DNA of 37,940 nucleotides, from IMG/VR virus record IMGVR_UViG_3300032235_000795, positions 1 to 37,940 of that record. The stretch is one strand, 5' to 3'. The stretch's first letter is position 1. The number at the start of each line of letters is the position of its first letter. The notes under the pieces are model-generated. The model did no database searches and was not told where the DNA came from. It worked only from the letters and a program-made list of their open reading frames with translations. This document shows positions 26,514 through 35,352 of the stretch, piece after piece. The DNA is from a virus (lineage: Duplodnaviria; Caudoviricetes). The translations under genes and the position numbers were made by a program.

Positions 26514-26830
26514 TGGCGACCGCCGTCAAAAGTCTCGGTATACGCCTTCAGCACACCGCGAATCCAATATGGGTCATCGCTGAACTCACGCATTGCCTCA
26601 AGCGAAAACGGGATCTCTTTGCCGTCTTCGTCAAGAATTCCTTCCCAACCAACCATGATCACCTTCAGAAGATCCAGTTCGCCTTTCTCGCCAAGCTTCT
26701 GGAACTCTTTGCGCCCAACACGCTTGAATTTTGCGTCGAACGTTGCAGTATCAAAGGTGCCGCCATCACTCGGCTCCTCGATGGAAACGGGCCAAGAGAA
26801 AACCTTTACCTTTTTGCGGACAAATGCCAT
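26504..26830 (-). CDS. Tail assembly chaperone (gpG-like)
   Basis: ATG at 26830; FSWPV..FDAKFKR..VGWEGI.DEDGKEIPFS; ends in GN. Confidence 0.85.
   Translation of the reverse strand: MAFVRKKVKVFSWPVSIEEPSDGGTFDTATFDAKFKRVGRKEFQKLGEKGELDLLKVIMVGWEGILDEDGKEIPFSLEAMREFSDDPYWIRGVLKAYTETFDGGRQGN
26507..26513 (-). other. Programmed -1 frameshift slippery site G GGA AAC
   Basis: CAG GGA AAC TAA at the end of the chaperone gene; lambda G/GT arrangement. Confidence 0.85.
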
Positions 26831-26868
26831 GCGTAATGCACGCGATACTGCAACAGCATACACCCAAT

Positions 26869-26893
26869 AAAAAAGGGCCGCATTACCGGCCCT
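26869..26893 (-). terminator. Intrinsic terminator after the major tail gene
   Basis: AGGGCCG-GTAATG-CGGCCCT followed by a T run. Confidence 0.8.
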
Positions 26894-26915
26894 CATCATC
26901 CGTCTGTCCAACGAA

Positions 26916-27851
26916 TCAAGTGTAGACGAGGCTGAACTCGTCGTTGCCTGCGGTCGAGGGGACGCAGGTGTAGGGGATGGTCAGCATGTGGATGCCATCC
27001 TGGTCGCTGTAGCTGACATCGCCGATGTCGACCTTGGTGGAGACGAAATCAACGATGTTGCCGGCGGTCTGGCCGTGCTGGAACAGCAGGTTGCCAAGCG
27101 CGCCGTCAGCAAGCGCAGCAGTGAAGTAATCCTTCTGCGCAATGGTTGGTGCTTCGATGGTCACACTGCCAGTGCTGGCGCGATCGGTCAGCAGCACCTG
27201 TTTGGTGCAGTTGATCAAATCGCGATAAACCAGGGTGTTGCCGATGTCAAAAGTCACCGACTGCAGGCATCCCGCATAAGACAGCAACTGAAAGTCCGTG
27301 GTGTTGCCGTTTCTGGCAACTACCGGGTTGGCTTGATCGGCGTAGGTGACCGAAGGAGCTGCGGTGTCAGTGGGAGCGTTGTACACACCAGTGAAAGTGA
27401 AATCAATGGTGGGGATCTCACCAACGGCTACATTCAGCGTGTAAGTGCCGCGAGCGCCAGTCACCTTGTGCAGCAGGCCATCAATGTTGTAGTAGATGGT
27501 GCAGCTACCAAAACTTGCGCTAACGGGCGCATAGGTCACGCTGGTAGTAGCCACGATGGTTTCGCTCATGCCACAAGCAAGCAGAGCCTTGCCATAGCGA
27601 GGAGCGGTACCAGCGACACCAGAACCAGCCAATTCAACGCTGAAGGTGCACTCAACACGAGTATTAGCCAGCAGTTGCTGAGACGCACCCAGATAAGGGC
27701 GAATCAGATCACGGCTGACAACATCACTCTGCAGAGGAGTGATATTCAGATCGCGAACCAGAACGGCGTCGACGCCGGTCGGAATCGGATCCGTCCCGTA
27801 CGTCGATTCCGTCTCCAGAAGGATCAGGCGCTTCCGAGTTAGAAGGGGCAT
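26916..27851 (-). CDS. Major tail tube protein
   Basis: ESTYGTDP, RDLIRPYLG, ELAGSG.AGTAP, GARGT, GNDE; followed by terminator and chaperone. Confidence 0.85.
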   Translation of the reverse strand: MPLLTRKRLILLETESTYGTDPIPTGVDAVLVRDLNITPLQSDVVSRDLIRPYLGASQQLLANTRVECTFSVELAGSGVAGTAPRYGKALLACGMSETIVATTSVTYAPVSASFGSCTIYYNIDGLLHKVTGARGTYTLNVAVGEIPTIDFTFTGVYNAPTDTAAPSVTYADQANPVVARNGNTTDFQLLSYAGCLQSVTFDIGNTLVYRDLINCTKQVLLTDRASTGSVTIEAPTIAQKDYFTAALADGALGNLLFQHGQTAGNIVDFVSTKVDIGDVSYSDQDGIHMLTIPYTCVPSTAGNDEFSLVYT

Positions 27852-27963
27852 TGGAAATTACCTCTTGTGGAACAGGTGGCAGCGTCCGCTTAACGAGAGT
27901 GCGGATGCCTGTCTCGGGGTCAAGGATGTACGAGCCACCTTGCCCTTGAAACTCATCAATCAC
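27724..27963 (-). CDS. Small conserved protein (DEFQGQGGSY..DPETG)
   Basis: GTG start between tail terminator and tube genes; its 3' end overlaps the tube gene. Confidence 0.55.
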   Translation of the reverse strand: MIDEFQGQGGSYILDPETGIRTLVKRTLPPVPQEVISNAPSNSEAPDPSGDGIDVRDGSDSDRRRRRSGSRSEYHSSAE

Positions 27964-27988
27964 TGTAAATCGCGCGGCTTATCAGACT

Positions 27989-28414
27989 CTACGTCGCCAA
28001 ACTTGCCACAGTTGTGCGATATTGAATGATATAATCATTAAAAATTACACCGGCAGGCTGATCGGCGTCCAGCATGTTGTACGTCACTTCGTCCGGCTGT
28101 ACGTCAATTGCATAGCCGCCAAGCGTCAAATCAGCCACCATCTTGGCGTGCATGCTCTCAATAATCGGATCGGCAAGTTGATCTGGCGTGTCACCGCGCA
28201 CAATCACGGTCACACGCACACGCATCCGCCAATCCAATGTCGGCAAGCTGGTGTTTTGCGTTGGCGTATCGCTGATCGGTTCAATTACAACTGCAGGCGA
28301 CTCAGCGCGCTGCATCGCAGTCACTCTGCTGCGATACACGCGACCATTCACACCCGCAGTGCTAGCGAGTGCGCTTGCAATCGCACTCAGGATCTGTTCG
28401 CGCTTAGTGGTCAT
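27989..28414 (-). CDS. Tail terminator (gpU-like)
   Basis: MTTKREQIL..RVYRSR..ESPA..D.TLGGYA.D..Y.IQYRT. Confidence 0.8.
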   Translation of the reverse strand: MTTKREQILSAIASALASTAGVNGRVYRSRVTAMQRAESPAVVIEPISDTPTQNTSLPTLDWRMRVRVTVIVRGDTPDQLADPIIESMHAKMVADLTLGGYAIDVQPDEVTYNMLDADQPAGVIFNDYIIQYRTTVASLAT

Positions 28415-28574
28415 TGAATCCTCGCTTCGGAAGCGGACCAAACGCGCCAGGATCGACCTGCTTGGTCACAATTGATTTCGCTCGATAATAAATATAGCTA
28501 TCTGTCTTTCCGGCCTCTTCTAGCGCTTGCATGACCTTGACCCAGTTCTTGAAGGTGTCGCGATCCATGCTCAT
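28404..28574 (-). CDS. Small cyanophage protein (NW..ALE.AGKTD..YYRA)
   Basis: Motif recalled from cyanophages; start at 28574 or 28568. Confidence 0.65.
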   Translation of the reverse strand: MSMDRDTFKNWVKVMQALEEAGKTDSYIYYRAKSIVTKQVDPGAFGPLPKRGFNDH

Positions 28575-28582
28575 AATTCCAA

Positions 28583-29230
28583 TCAATAAACGCCTTCGTC
28601 CACATTGTCAGTAATTCCTGGCCCCATCACAACCAAAGCTCCCGTATTGCTATTGCCTCTTGTAACACGGCCGATCGCCTGGCCGTTGAGTGGCGCTGTT
28701 GTTGTGAAGCCTCCACCATTTGCTACGTACAAAGGAGAATTAACCGCATAGCCATTTGTATCCATCTGCGTGATTTCACCTGAGATCACCACATGCCCGT
28801 CAGCACCAGCAGCCAACGCCTGATCAAGAATGCCAATCGCTGGCATCTTGGCCAAATTTGATGCATCAGCCGCTGCCACAATCACATTGGCTGTATTGCC
28901 AACATTGCCAGTGATGTACACAGGTGTGCCTTTCGCCAATGTGCCAGCAGTGCCATTGTGGCAATGAATATAAACAGGCCCAGCAAGTGCGCCGTGAATG
29001 TGTGGAAGAGTCGCTACGCCAGTGACGGAAAGCGTAGTAAATTCTGGATTATCATCTTCCAGCCCCTGTACGTACAGCAACGAATTCCAGGCCGTGGATC
29101 CGTTGCCCAGCTTCAGCTTGCGCGTATCAGTTTCAATCCCAGCCTCACCCGCCAGCAGCACCGGATTTGCCGCAGTCCACGCAGCAGCAGTACCGTTACG
29201 AAGCTTGAACCGGGTGATCGTGTCGCTCAT
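28583..29230 (-). CDS. Neck/head fibre-like protein with Mtd_N (hyaluronidase-N-like) domain
   Basis: LRNGTAAAWTAANPVLLAGEAGIETDTRKLKLGNGSTAWNSL; C-terminal KGTPVYI..PAIGI..LYV..IGRV decoration-like domain. Confidence 0.75.
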   Translation of the reverse strand: MSDTITRFKLRNGTAAAWTAANPVLLAGEAGIETDTRKLKLGNGSTAWNSLLYVQGLEDDNPEFTTLSVTGVATLPHIHGALAGPVYIHCHNGTAGTLAKGTPVYITGNVGNTANVIVAAADASNLAKMPAIGILDQALAAGADGHVVISGEITQMDTNGYAVNSPLYVANGGGFTTTAPLNGQAIGRVTRGNSNTGALVVMGPGITDNVDEGVY

Positions 29231-29643
29231 GGCGCTCCGCCTTCAAGAACATTACCGTCGATATAAACGGTCGCAGGACCGCCTCCATCAAGGATAACCT
29301 CGCTCACTGTCTCAACACCATCGCCATCAAGCACCGCAGGCGACACTGCAGCAAGCACTGGTGTCGCGCTTCGCTGCAGCATCAAATCGCAAAATTTGCC
29401 ATCATCAAGCAGCTCAACATTGCGCACCGTATAGGGCAATCCATCAACGTTGACGCCAGCGCCGTATTGCAAATCACCAAACAAGCTCGCTAGACAAGTG
29501 ACTTTGTAGTCAGTCGTAAGAACTACTCCGTCAGCGATCATCTCGCTTGGCATATCCAAAATCCCCAAGCCGCTCGCAGCGCCAGCCGAAATCGGAACGC
29601 CGAAATCAGCCAAAAATACGCTTAGGTCTTCGGTGAATGCCAT
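29227..29643 (-). CDS. Head-tail joining protein (gpFII-like) with C-terminal DGG-repeat extension
   Basis: MAFTEDLSVFLADFGV..GILDMP..VDG..YTVR..DDG. Confidence 0.75.
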   Translation of the reverse strand: MAFTEDLSVFLADFGVPISAGAASGLGILDMPSEMIADGVVLTTDYKVTCLASLFGDLQYGAGVNVDGLPYTVRNVELLDDGKFCDLMLQRSATPVLAAVSPAVLDGDGVETVSEVILDGGGPATVYIDGNVLEGGAP

Positions 29644-29654
29644 GCAAACAGCAT

Positions 29655-29686
29655 AAAGCCCCAGGCCGCCGAAGCAACCCAGGGCC
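29655..29686 (-). terminator. Terminator-like hairpin with C(UUCG)G loop after the capsid module
   Basis: GCCCTGGGTTGC-TTCG-GCGGCCTGGGGC-TTT. Confidence 0.65.
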
Positions 29687-29701
29687 AATGCAGTACGGCT
29701 A

Positions 29702-30112
29702 TCAGCCGTACTTCTTCACGCCAACACCGTTAATCGAATAGGTGTGGGTCGAGGTCGAAGTGGTCGACACAGCCTTGATCCAACGCTTAGCAGCGCCCTT
29801 GGGGAACACCAGATACTGCTTGGAAGCAGAGGTGCTCACCTGGGTGAAGGCAACGGCAGCAGAAGCGACCTCAGAGCCACCGCGATAGAAAGCGGTGGTC
29901 ACATCGGTGTAACTACCGCCGGAAGTGTCGCTGGACTGGATTTTTACATCCAGAGTCGAAGTACCACCAGCCTCGACGTCAAGGATGATCACAAGGTCGC
30001 CCTCGTAGTCATTCATGTCGACGGCAGTGCCATCGAGGTTGGAAGTGCGTTGAGCAGTAGGAGCCAGCGCAAAATGCTGAAGCTTCTCCAGGCCAGTAGA
30101 GAGGATAGACAT
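29702..30112 (-). CDS. Capsid decoration/cement-like protein
   Basis: GTAVDM..YEG..LDVKIQSSDT..YTDV..KRWIK pattern; downstream of the capsid gene. Confidence 0.7.
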   Translation of the reverse strand: MSILSTGLEKLQHFALAPTAQRTSNLDGTAVDMNDYEGDLVIILDVEAGGTSTLDVKIQSSDTSGGSYTDVTTAFYRGGSEVASAAVAFTQVSTSASKQYLVFPKGAAKRWIKAVSTTSTSTHTYSINGVGVKKYG

Positions 30113-30114
30113 GA

Positions 30115-30354
30115 TCAGTCTTTAGTGGGGAATTCAGAAGTCACAGTCTTAGCCTTCCGCACCGGCTTAACAGCAGGCACTGGAGCAGGCTCTTCCGTCA
30201 CCTCAACAGGTGCGGGCTTCTCAACGGCAGGTGCCACAACGGCCTTACCGCTACCAACCAACAGATTGCCGTCAGCCTCAGTGACCTCGACAAAGGAGCC
30301 AGCCTGAACTGGCTCCCCCGAGATCATGACTTGACGCAGGATCTCGATCCTCAT
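30115..30354 (-). CDS. Small capsid-adjacent protein
   Basis: MRIEILRQVMISGE..G..VEV..L...GKA followed by a Pro/Lys tail. Confidence 0.7.
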   Translation of the reverse strand: MRIEILRQVMISGEPVQAGSFVEVTEADGNLLVGSGKAVVAPAVEKPAPVEVTEEPAPVPAVKPVRKAKTVTSEFPTKD

Positions 30355-30356
30355 GA

Positions 30357-33257
30357 TCAGGTGCCGAGGCAGAAGGCGCCAGGCTGCTTAACAGCCACGT
30401 CCACGTCCTGCAGTGCAATCACGCGAACGGTACCAGCAGTAGCGCCGGCATAGGGATCAACGGTCAGATCCAGGCCAGACCACATACCCATGATCATCAT
30501 GGAGAAGTCACCGAACAGCGCATCGTTGTTCTGGAGCTGGTTCGACACGATCACTGGGTAGCCGTTGATCTCGTTGTCCTCAAAGACAAAAGCGCCGGTA
30601 TTGGTCGCTTTTTCGGTCGACTTCAGCGCACCGCGAGCAGCAGCGTTAATCACGTAACGCAGGCTGCCGGCATCAGCGTTGGCAGATGCCACATCGGTTT
30701 CCATGCCGATGTATTCAGCAAAAGTACCGAAGGTGGTGATGGTCTGGCTGCCAATACCGGTGGTGTTGGTCAGACCCAGAGGCTGGTTGCTAGAGCCGGT
30801 GCCGTAGATGGCAGCGCGGTCAAGCTCAAGAGCGATCACGCGAGCAAGATCGTTGCGGATCATGCCTTCCACATCGATGGAAGACTGCAGCAGCAGACGA
30901 CGGCTGTAATCAACAAAAGCACCCACAGTCTTGGGGGTCATGTTGACCTGATCGATTGCCTGCTGGCTCTCGGTCGGCGAACCGTTCTCACCCACCCAGT
31001 AGGCGGTAGCGGCAGAAGTCTGACGGGGGATGCTGATGTTGCCTTGCAAGCCGGTCAGCATGGTCACGCCAGCCTGGGCCAGTGCCAGACGATTGCGCAG
31101 CAGATCGATGAAGCTACCGGCCAGTAGCTCATCGGCCACCAGGTTGCCACCAGCAGTAGGAGTACCCACCACCAGATCGCGACGCAGCACCTCGTTGGGG
31201 ATCACGATGCCGTTAGAGGAGCGCTCATACTTTTGAGCAGCAGCCTTACCGACTTCGATCTCAAACTCGGCAGCCCGACGAGCAGAAACGTCGCTGGGGT
31301 TAGCAAGGAAGTTCAGTGCGCGAGCAAAGCTGAACGAACGGGTCTCCTTATCGGAGAGGCCGACATCGTTAGAGGTGATGTCAGCAGAGCGAATGACTTG
31401 TTCCACGGGTTGAGTGCCGAGTTTTTCAAGGACAGCAGCACGAGCTTCGTCGATAGTGCGACCACCGTCGATCAGCTCGCGAGCCAGGTCTTGCATCTGG
31501 TGCTTATCGCCCAGTGCACTGATGGCGGCGATACGGGTACGCTCGGCCTCAACGGCCTCGGACCGGATCACCTCCAGATCTGGAGTGTTTTCCATTTCGG
31601 GTTCAGGTGTTGGTGATGCGGCTGGGGCCGCTTGAACAACGGTCTCATCAGTTAGAGACCTGCCGATCCCAATCGTAGGGTCAGCAGGTATAGAGACCAC
31701 GCTGACTTCGTAAGGCGACCATCTGGTCGCTACAAAGTCATCGCCTCGCTCTTCCATCTTGTCGATCGAATAGCCGAAGCTGATGCCGCGCAAAATATTA
31801 TCGCGGACATCGTCGAGCACTTCTTGCGCAAACTTGTTACGCGAGAAGCGCACCTTCACATAGCCGCGCTTTTTCTTGCCATCAACCCAAGCGCGCTCCA
31901 CAACGCCGACCACGCGATCGGGATCGTGATTAAACAGCAGCGGGGCGCCATCGTTCAGACGACTCAGATTTGCTGCATCCATCTCGTGGCTCAGCACTTC
32001 ATTCCCGAAGTACCGCATCACGGGGTACTCAGAGCTAAACGGAAATTCAAAGCTCCGCTCTTCATCCAGCGCGCGGAATGAAGTCACCTCAGATCGCTGA
32101 AACTTGCCGCCCTCGGTGGCACGGATCGGATCGATCTTGGTCAAAGTACTAAAACGATGGCCCACCATCGTCTCAGTCGCTTCACCATCGCGATAAATCC
32201 GAATCAACGCAGCCGGATCCTCTTCGGTTGCATCAATGCTGAATTCAGTTTCAGGCACGCCCAACGTACCTTCACGCATCACATGCTCAATACGACCGCG
32301 TGCGCGACCGCCAGAGCTGTTCCACGAAACAAAATCACCTTCCTTCAGCGCGTCAGGCGCTGCACGTTTTTCGGTCACGGCTGCGTTCTCAATTTCGTCC
32401 ACTTTAGAGCGCTCGCCTGTTGCCTCTTCGAATTGAATCGGCTCGTAATCTCGTTCGCGTAGCCACGCGCGCGCTTCAGTGGCAGTGAACTCAGCAAGCT
32501 TGAAGCGAATTGCCTGTAGCTCGGCGCCACTCTCACCAGTCTTGATTCCAAAAATAAAATCGACTCCTTTGCCGGCAGCATTGTTGCGACGGCGGAAGCG
32601 GTCGTACTGCCCTGGATCCCGCAGCCTTGCAGCGTGCTCATTGGGATATGGCCGGCCCTCTTCCATCTCGACCGATTCATTCATTAAACGCTCTGGAATA
32701 ATCCAAAACTTGCATACGCCCTCCGGCGCAATGTCGCCGCTCACGATTTCGCAAGCGCGTGGACCGGCGTAAAACGCGCAATTAGCACAAACCATTCCGT
32801 CTTCAGCAAACGGACTTTCGGCCATGTAATGCGATCCATTCGGACCAGAATCCTGGCCAAACTGACCAAGCTCTTCCGCAATTTCCTCAAAAGCTTCATA
32901 CAACTGCACCTGTGGCGCGGTCAAATCAGCGGTCAATTCACGATCAGAGTCCATACGAGCCACAAATGCATCACTCCATGTTTTACCCGAGTCACCTCCC
33001 CAGGCTGCCCATGCCACCCTGCCAGGCGATGGATACCCTTCTTCGCCAGGACTGAAACCCTCAGCTCGCTTGTCAACCTCATGACGAGCAAACCATGCAC
33101 TCATCGTGCGAATAGTCTCATTGCTCAGCTCATCACCGCTCAAAATCTGCCCAGCACGCCTGGCTGCAACCTCAGTTCCACCCTTGCGTCCTTCAGCTTT
33201 CCACTCTCGATATCTGCGCGCTTCTTCGCGCATCCCATCAGTCGGCATTGCGCCCAT
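30357..33257 (-). CDS. Polyprotein: four N-terminal accessory domains, HK97-type prohead protease, scaffold region and major capsid protein
   Basis: Protease motifs FSSE, LLFNHD, ISFGY, EVSVVSIPAD (aa ~395-534); HK97-fold capsid GGNLV..FIDLLR..IPRQT..WVGE..LLLQSS..GTGSSNQP.G..FGDFS..DPY. Confidence 0.95.
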   Translation of the reverse strand: MGAMPTDGMREEARRYREWKAEGRKGGTEVAARRAGQILSGDELSNETIRTMSAWFARHEVDKRAEGFSPGEEGYPSPGRVAWAAWGGDSGKTWSDAFVARMDSDRELTADLTAPQVQLYEAFEEIAEELGQFGQDSGPNGSHYMAESPFAEDGMVCANCAFYAGPRACEIVSGDIAPEGVCKFWIIPERLMNESVEMEEGRPYPNEHAARLRDPGQYDRFRRRNNAAGKGVDFIFGIKTGESGAELQAIRFKLAEFTATEARAWLRERDYEPIQFEEATGERSKVDEIENAAVTEKRAAPDALKEGDFVSWNSSGGRARGRIEHVMREGTLGVPETEFSIDATEEDPAALIRIYRDGEATETMVGHRFSTLTKIDPIRATEGGKFQRSEVTSFRALDEERSFEFPFSSEYPVMRYFGNEVLSHEMDAANLSRLNDGAPLLFNHDPDRVVGVVERAWVDGKKKRGYVKVRFSRNKFAQEVLDDVRDNILRGISFGYSIDKMEERGDDFVATRWSPYEVSVVSIPADPTIGIGRSLTDETVVQAAPAASPTPEPEMENTPDLEVIRSEAVEAERTRIAAISALGDKHQMQDLARELIDGGRTIDEARAAVLEKLGTQPVEQVIRSADITSNDVGLSDKETRSFSFARALNFLANPSDVSARRAAEFEIEVGKAAAQKYERSSNGIVIPNEVLRRDLVVGTPTAGGNLVADELLAGSFIDLLRNRLALAQAGVTMLTGLQGNISIPRQTSAATAYWVGENGSPTESQQAIDQVNMTPKTVGAFVDYSRRLLLQSSIDVEGMIRNDLARVIALELDRAAIYGTGSSNQPLGLTNTTGIGSQTITTFGTFAEYIGMETDVASANADAGSLRYVINAAARGALKSTEKATNTGAFVFEDNEINGYPVIVSNQLQNNDALFGDFSMMIMGMWSGLDLTVDPYAGATAGTVRVIALQDVDVAVKQPGAFCLGT

Positions 33258-34765
33258 CAGCCTTCCTCCTGCGGTAACGGTTGATCAGCCGGCAACATCG
33301 GCTGCTCAATGATGTCCCGATCCAACTCAACGCCCAAACGTTCAGCAGCAGCCTGCTCGCGAGCAATCTCTGCCAAGTTATCGTCAAAGTCACCGCCAAG
33401 TTTCGCAACAATTTGCGCCTTGGTCATGTAGCCCGCCTGCTCCATCTCGCGATAAGCCTTCACTTCCTTGAGCGGATCCACCCAATCCCAACCACGCGCC
33501 ATCCAGCGCGGCGTGTCATAACGCTCAGGCCGCGCTTCAAAATCATCAAACGGCAGCTCGCCAGCAAGCACGGCCAGCCCCAGCCACTCACGGAATACGC
33601 GCAAGTGGAAATGCTCAATCAAATATGCCTGCACAACCTTCCAATGCTCGCGATCTTCAAGCAATGACAGCCTGCTGCTTGAATAATTTGTATCACTAAA
33701 ATCACGGCTCAGCGTCTCATACGAACAACCAAAGCCGCTCGCAAATCGACGCACTTTATTTTTAACAAACATCTCAAATTGCTGATCCGGCGAATCGATG
33801 CTTGGCACCGTCACGTTCTCGCCCGGCATCAAATACTTGAACATCCCTGGCTCAAACTCACTGATCCGACGCTCGTTCTCAACGTCGTCAGCATTTAGCT
33901 CGCCCTCTTGATTGGTAATAAAACCCATAATTGACGCACCAGCGCGCGCCCGAATCACAGCAGCTTCTTCATACCCTTGAAGCTGATGCGCGTCAGCCAT
34001 CACAGAGTGGAACCACGGCACGCCACGATGCTGTTGTGGCCTCTCCGGGATAAACAAATGAATGACATCTTCCGCCGGCAGGAAGACATGCTTTTCATTT
34101 CGCTGCGGCGCATTCTGGAACCAGTAGTCACCTGGATGGCGCGTGAGGAAGGCGTACCGCACAGGGCGGCCCCATTCATTGACCTCCACGCCCATGCGCC
34201 ATTCGTTCCCCTGGGCGAGGGTTGGGCCTTGATACTCCTCATCCAGGTAATCAGCCTCAAGCATCTGGAGCGCCAATGGCACTCGACTGCCACCGAACGG
34301 ACGACGAACAATCCTGAACAGCGCCTCTCCTGATTCCGGCAGTGCGCCAATTGCCAACCACTCCATCATGTGGAAGCTTTGGCGCCCAGCTACATCACAA
34401 TGCTCAGCGCGGCACCAAGATGCCCACTTCTGCTCAATCAGGCTATTTGTACGCTCATCGCGACGATTGCCACGCAGCAACGCAACCTGCGACTGCATCT
34501 TGATGCCACTGCCAACAACGTTGATTTGCGTTGTCCGCTTTGCCTGCTTTGCGTACGGATTATTCCGCACCATCTCGCGGCTGCGATCACGCAGCTTTTT
34601 CAAGCTGGTGCGAATCTCGGCGTCCGCACTCGCTTGCGACGACATCCAGTCCGCAGTCAGGCGACTGATCATTGCGCCCGCATAGTTACGCCGCCTCACA
34701 GGTGGCAATGCCTTCGGGATCGGCTGGAGACCAATACGACGCAGAATGTTAGTGCGGATGCCCAT
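33257..34765 (-). CDS. Portal protein, lambda family
   Basis: LRDRSR..RNNPYA, GVEVNEWGRPVRY, RPQQHRGVPW, NYSSSR, WVDPLKE. Confidence 0.95.
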   Translation of the reverse strand: MGIRTNILRRIGLQPIPKALPPVRRRNYAGAMISRLTADWMSSQASADAEIRTSLKKLRDRSREMVRNNPYAKQAKRTTQINVVGSGIKMQSQVALLRGNRRDERTNSLIEQKWASWCRAEHCDVAGRQSFHMMEWLAIGALPESGEALFRIVRRPFGGSRVPLALQMLEADYLDEEYQGPTLAQGNEWRMGVEVNEWGRPVRYAFLTRHPGDYWFQNAPQRNEKHVFLPAEDVIHLFIPERPQQHRGVPWFHSVMADAHQLQGYEEAAVIRARAGASIMGFITNQEGELNADDVENERRISEFEPGMFKYLMPGENVTVPSIDSPDQQFEMFVKNKVRRFASGFGCSYETLSRDFSDTNYSSSRLSLLEDREHWKVVQAYLIEHFHLRVFREWLGLAVLAGELPFDDFEARPERYDTPRWMARGWDWVDPLKEVKAYREMEQAGYMTKAQIVAKLGGDFDDNLAEIAREQAAAERLGVELDRDIIEQPMLPADQPLPQEEG

Positions 34766-35352
34766 CAGCCGTTACCGAAGCGGATAAACAGATTGTTTGG
34801 ATCGCCTAAACCAGAGGCGATAATTTTCGCTTTATTCTCGCGCACCACAGTTGCCTTCAACTGCGACTCAAGAGCTAGCAAATCAGCTAGGTCATACCGC
34901 TTCAGCGATCGATTGCCAATTCGATATTCCTGGGTCGCGCCCCCTGTCATCAGGGAGCGAATTGCAGCCTGAACCGCCTCTAAATCTTTCTGCGCCTGCG
35001 TCCGACCGTCAAATGCTGCAGGCGATCCCACATAGGCCAGTGACGCCTGAACCTCAATCTGACCTCGGCTGTATTCGCTAACCGCACCACCGCTGATCGC
35101 AGTCAGCACCGCCTGGAAATACCACCCAGTGCTTGCGTCCATTCCGGCGCTGGTTGCAGCCGGGATCGTGATCTGCCAACCATCTGAATACGCAGTGCCG
35201 GTCGCGGTCACGCCCTCGCCTGCAGTATTCAATCTGAAATAATACGTAAGATTATGCGTTGCACTCGTTACCGCGTTGCCGAAAATATCCGTGGTCGCAG
35301 CGTCAGTCCACACCACGTCCACGCCGGCTGTTATGGACGGGGGAATCGCCAT
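34765..35352 (-). CDS. Head completion adaptor (gpW-like C-terminus) with N-terminal beta-rich domain
   Basis: AVQAAI..QEYRIGNRSLKRYDLADL; located between terL and portal. Confidence 0.75.
   Translation of the reverse strand: MAIPPSITAGVDVVWTDAATTDIFGNAVTSATHNLTYYFRLNTAGEGVTATGTAYSDGWQITIPAATSAGMDASTGWYFQAVLTAISGGAVSEYSRGQIEVQASLAYVGSPAAFDGRTQAQKDLEAVQAAIRSLMTGGATQEYRIGNRSLKRYDLADLLALESQLKATVVRENKAKIIASGLGDPNNLFIRFGNG

Noticed and set aside
26160-26830. Tail chaperone frameshift as a novelty
   Set aside because: Well-established lambda G/GT mechanism; listed as a feature only
26831-26911. N-terminal extensions in the ORF track (also 29644-29688, 9921-9971, 931-1104, 4501-4743)
   Set aside because: They run through terminators or other genes; downstream ATGs fit the family N-termini better
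10675-29230. Diversity-generating retroelement, suggested by the Mtd_N domain and the fibre repeat
   Set aside because: No reverse transcriptase in the window; the 51-bp repeat is exact, with no adenine-specific mismatches
19002-34972. Long plus-strand ORFs (e.g. 19002-19733, 26988-27842, 29744-30307, 34370-34972)
   Set aside because: Antisense shadows of well-supported GC-rich structural genes, with no motifs
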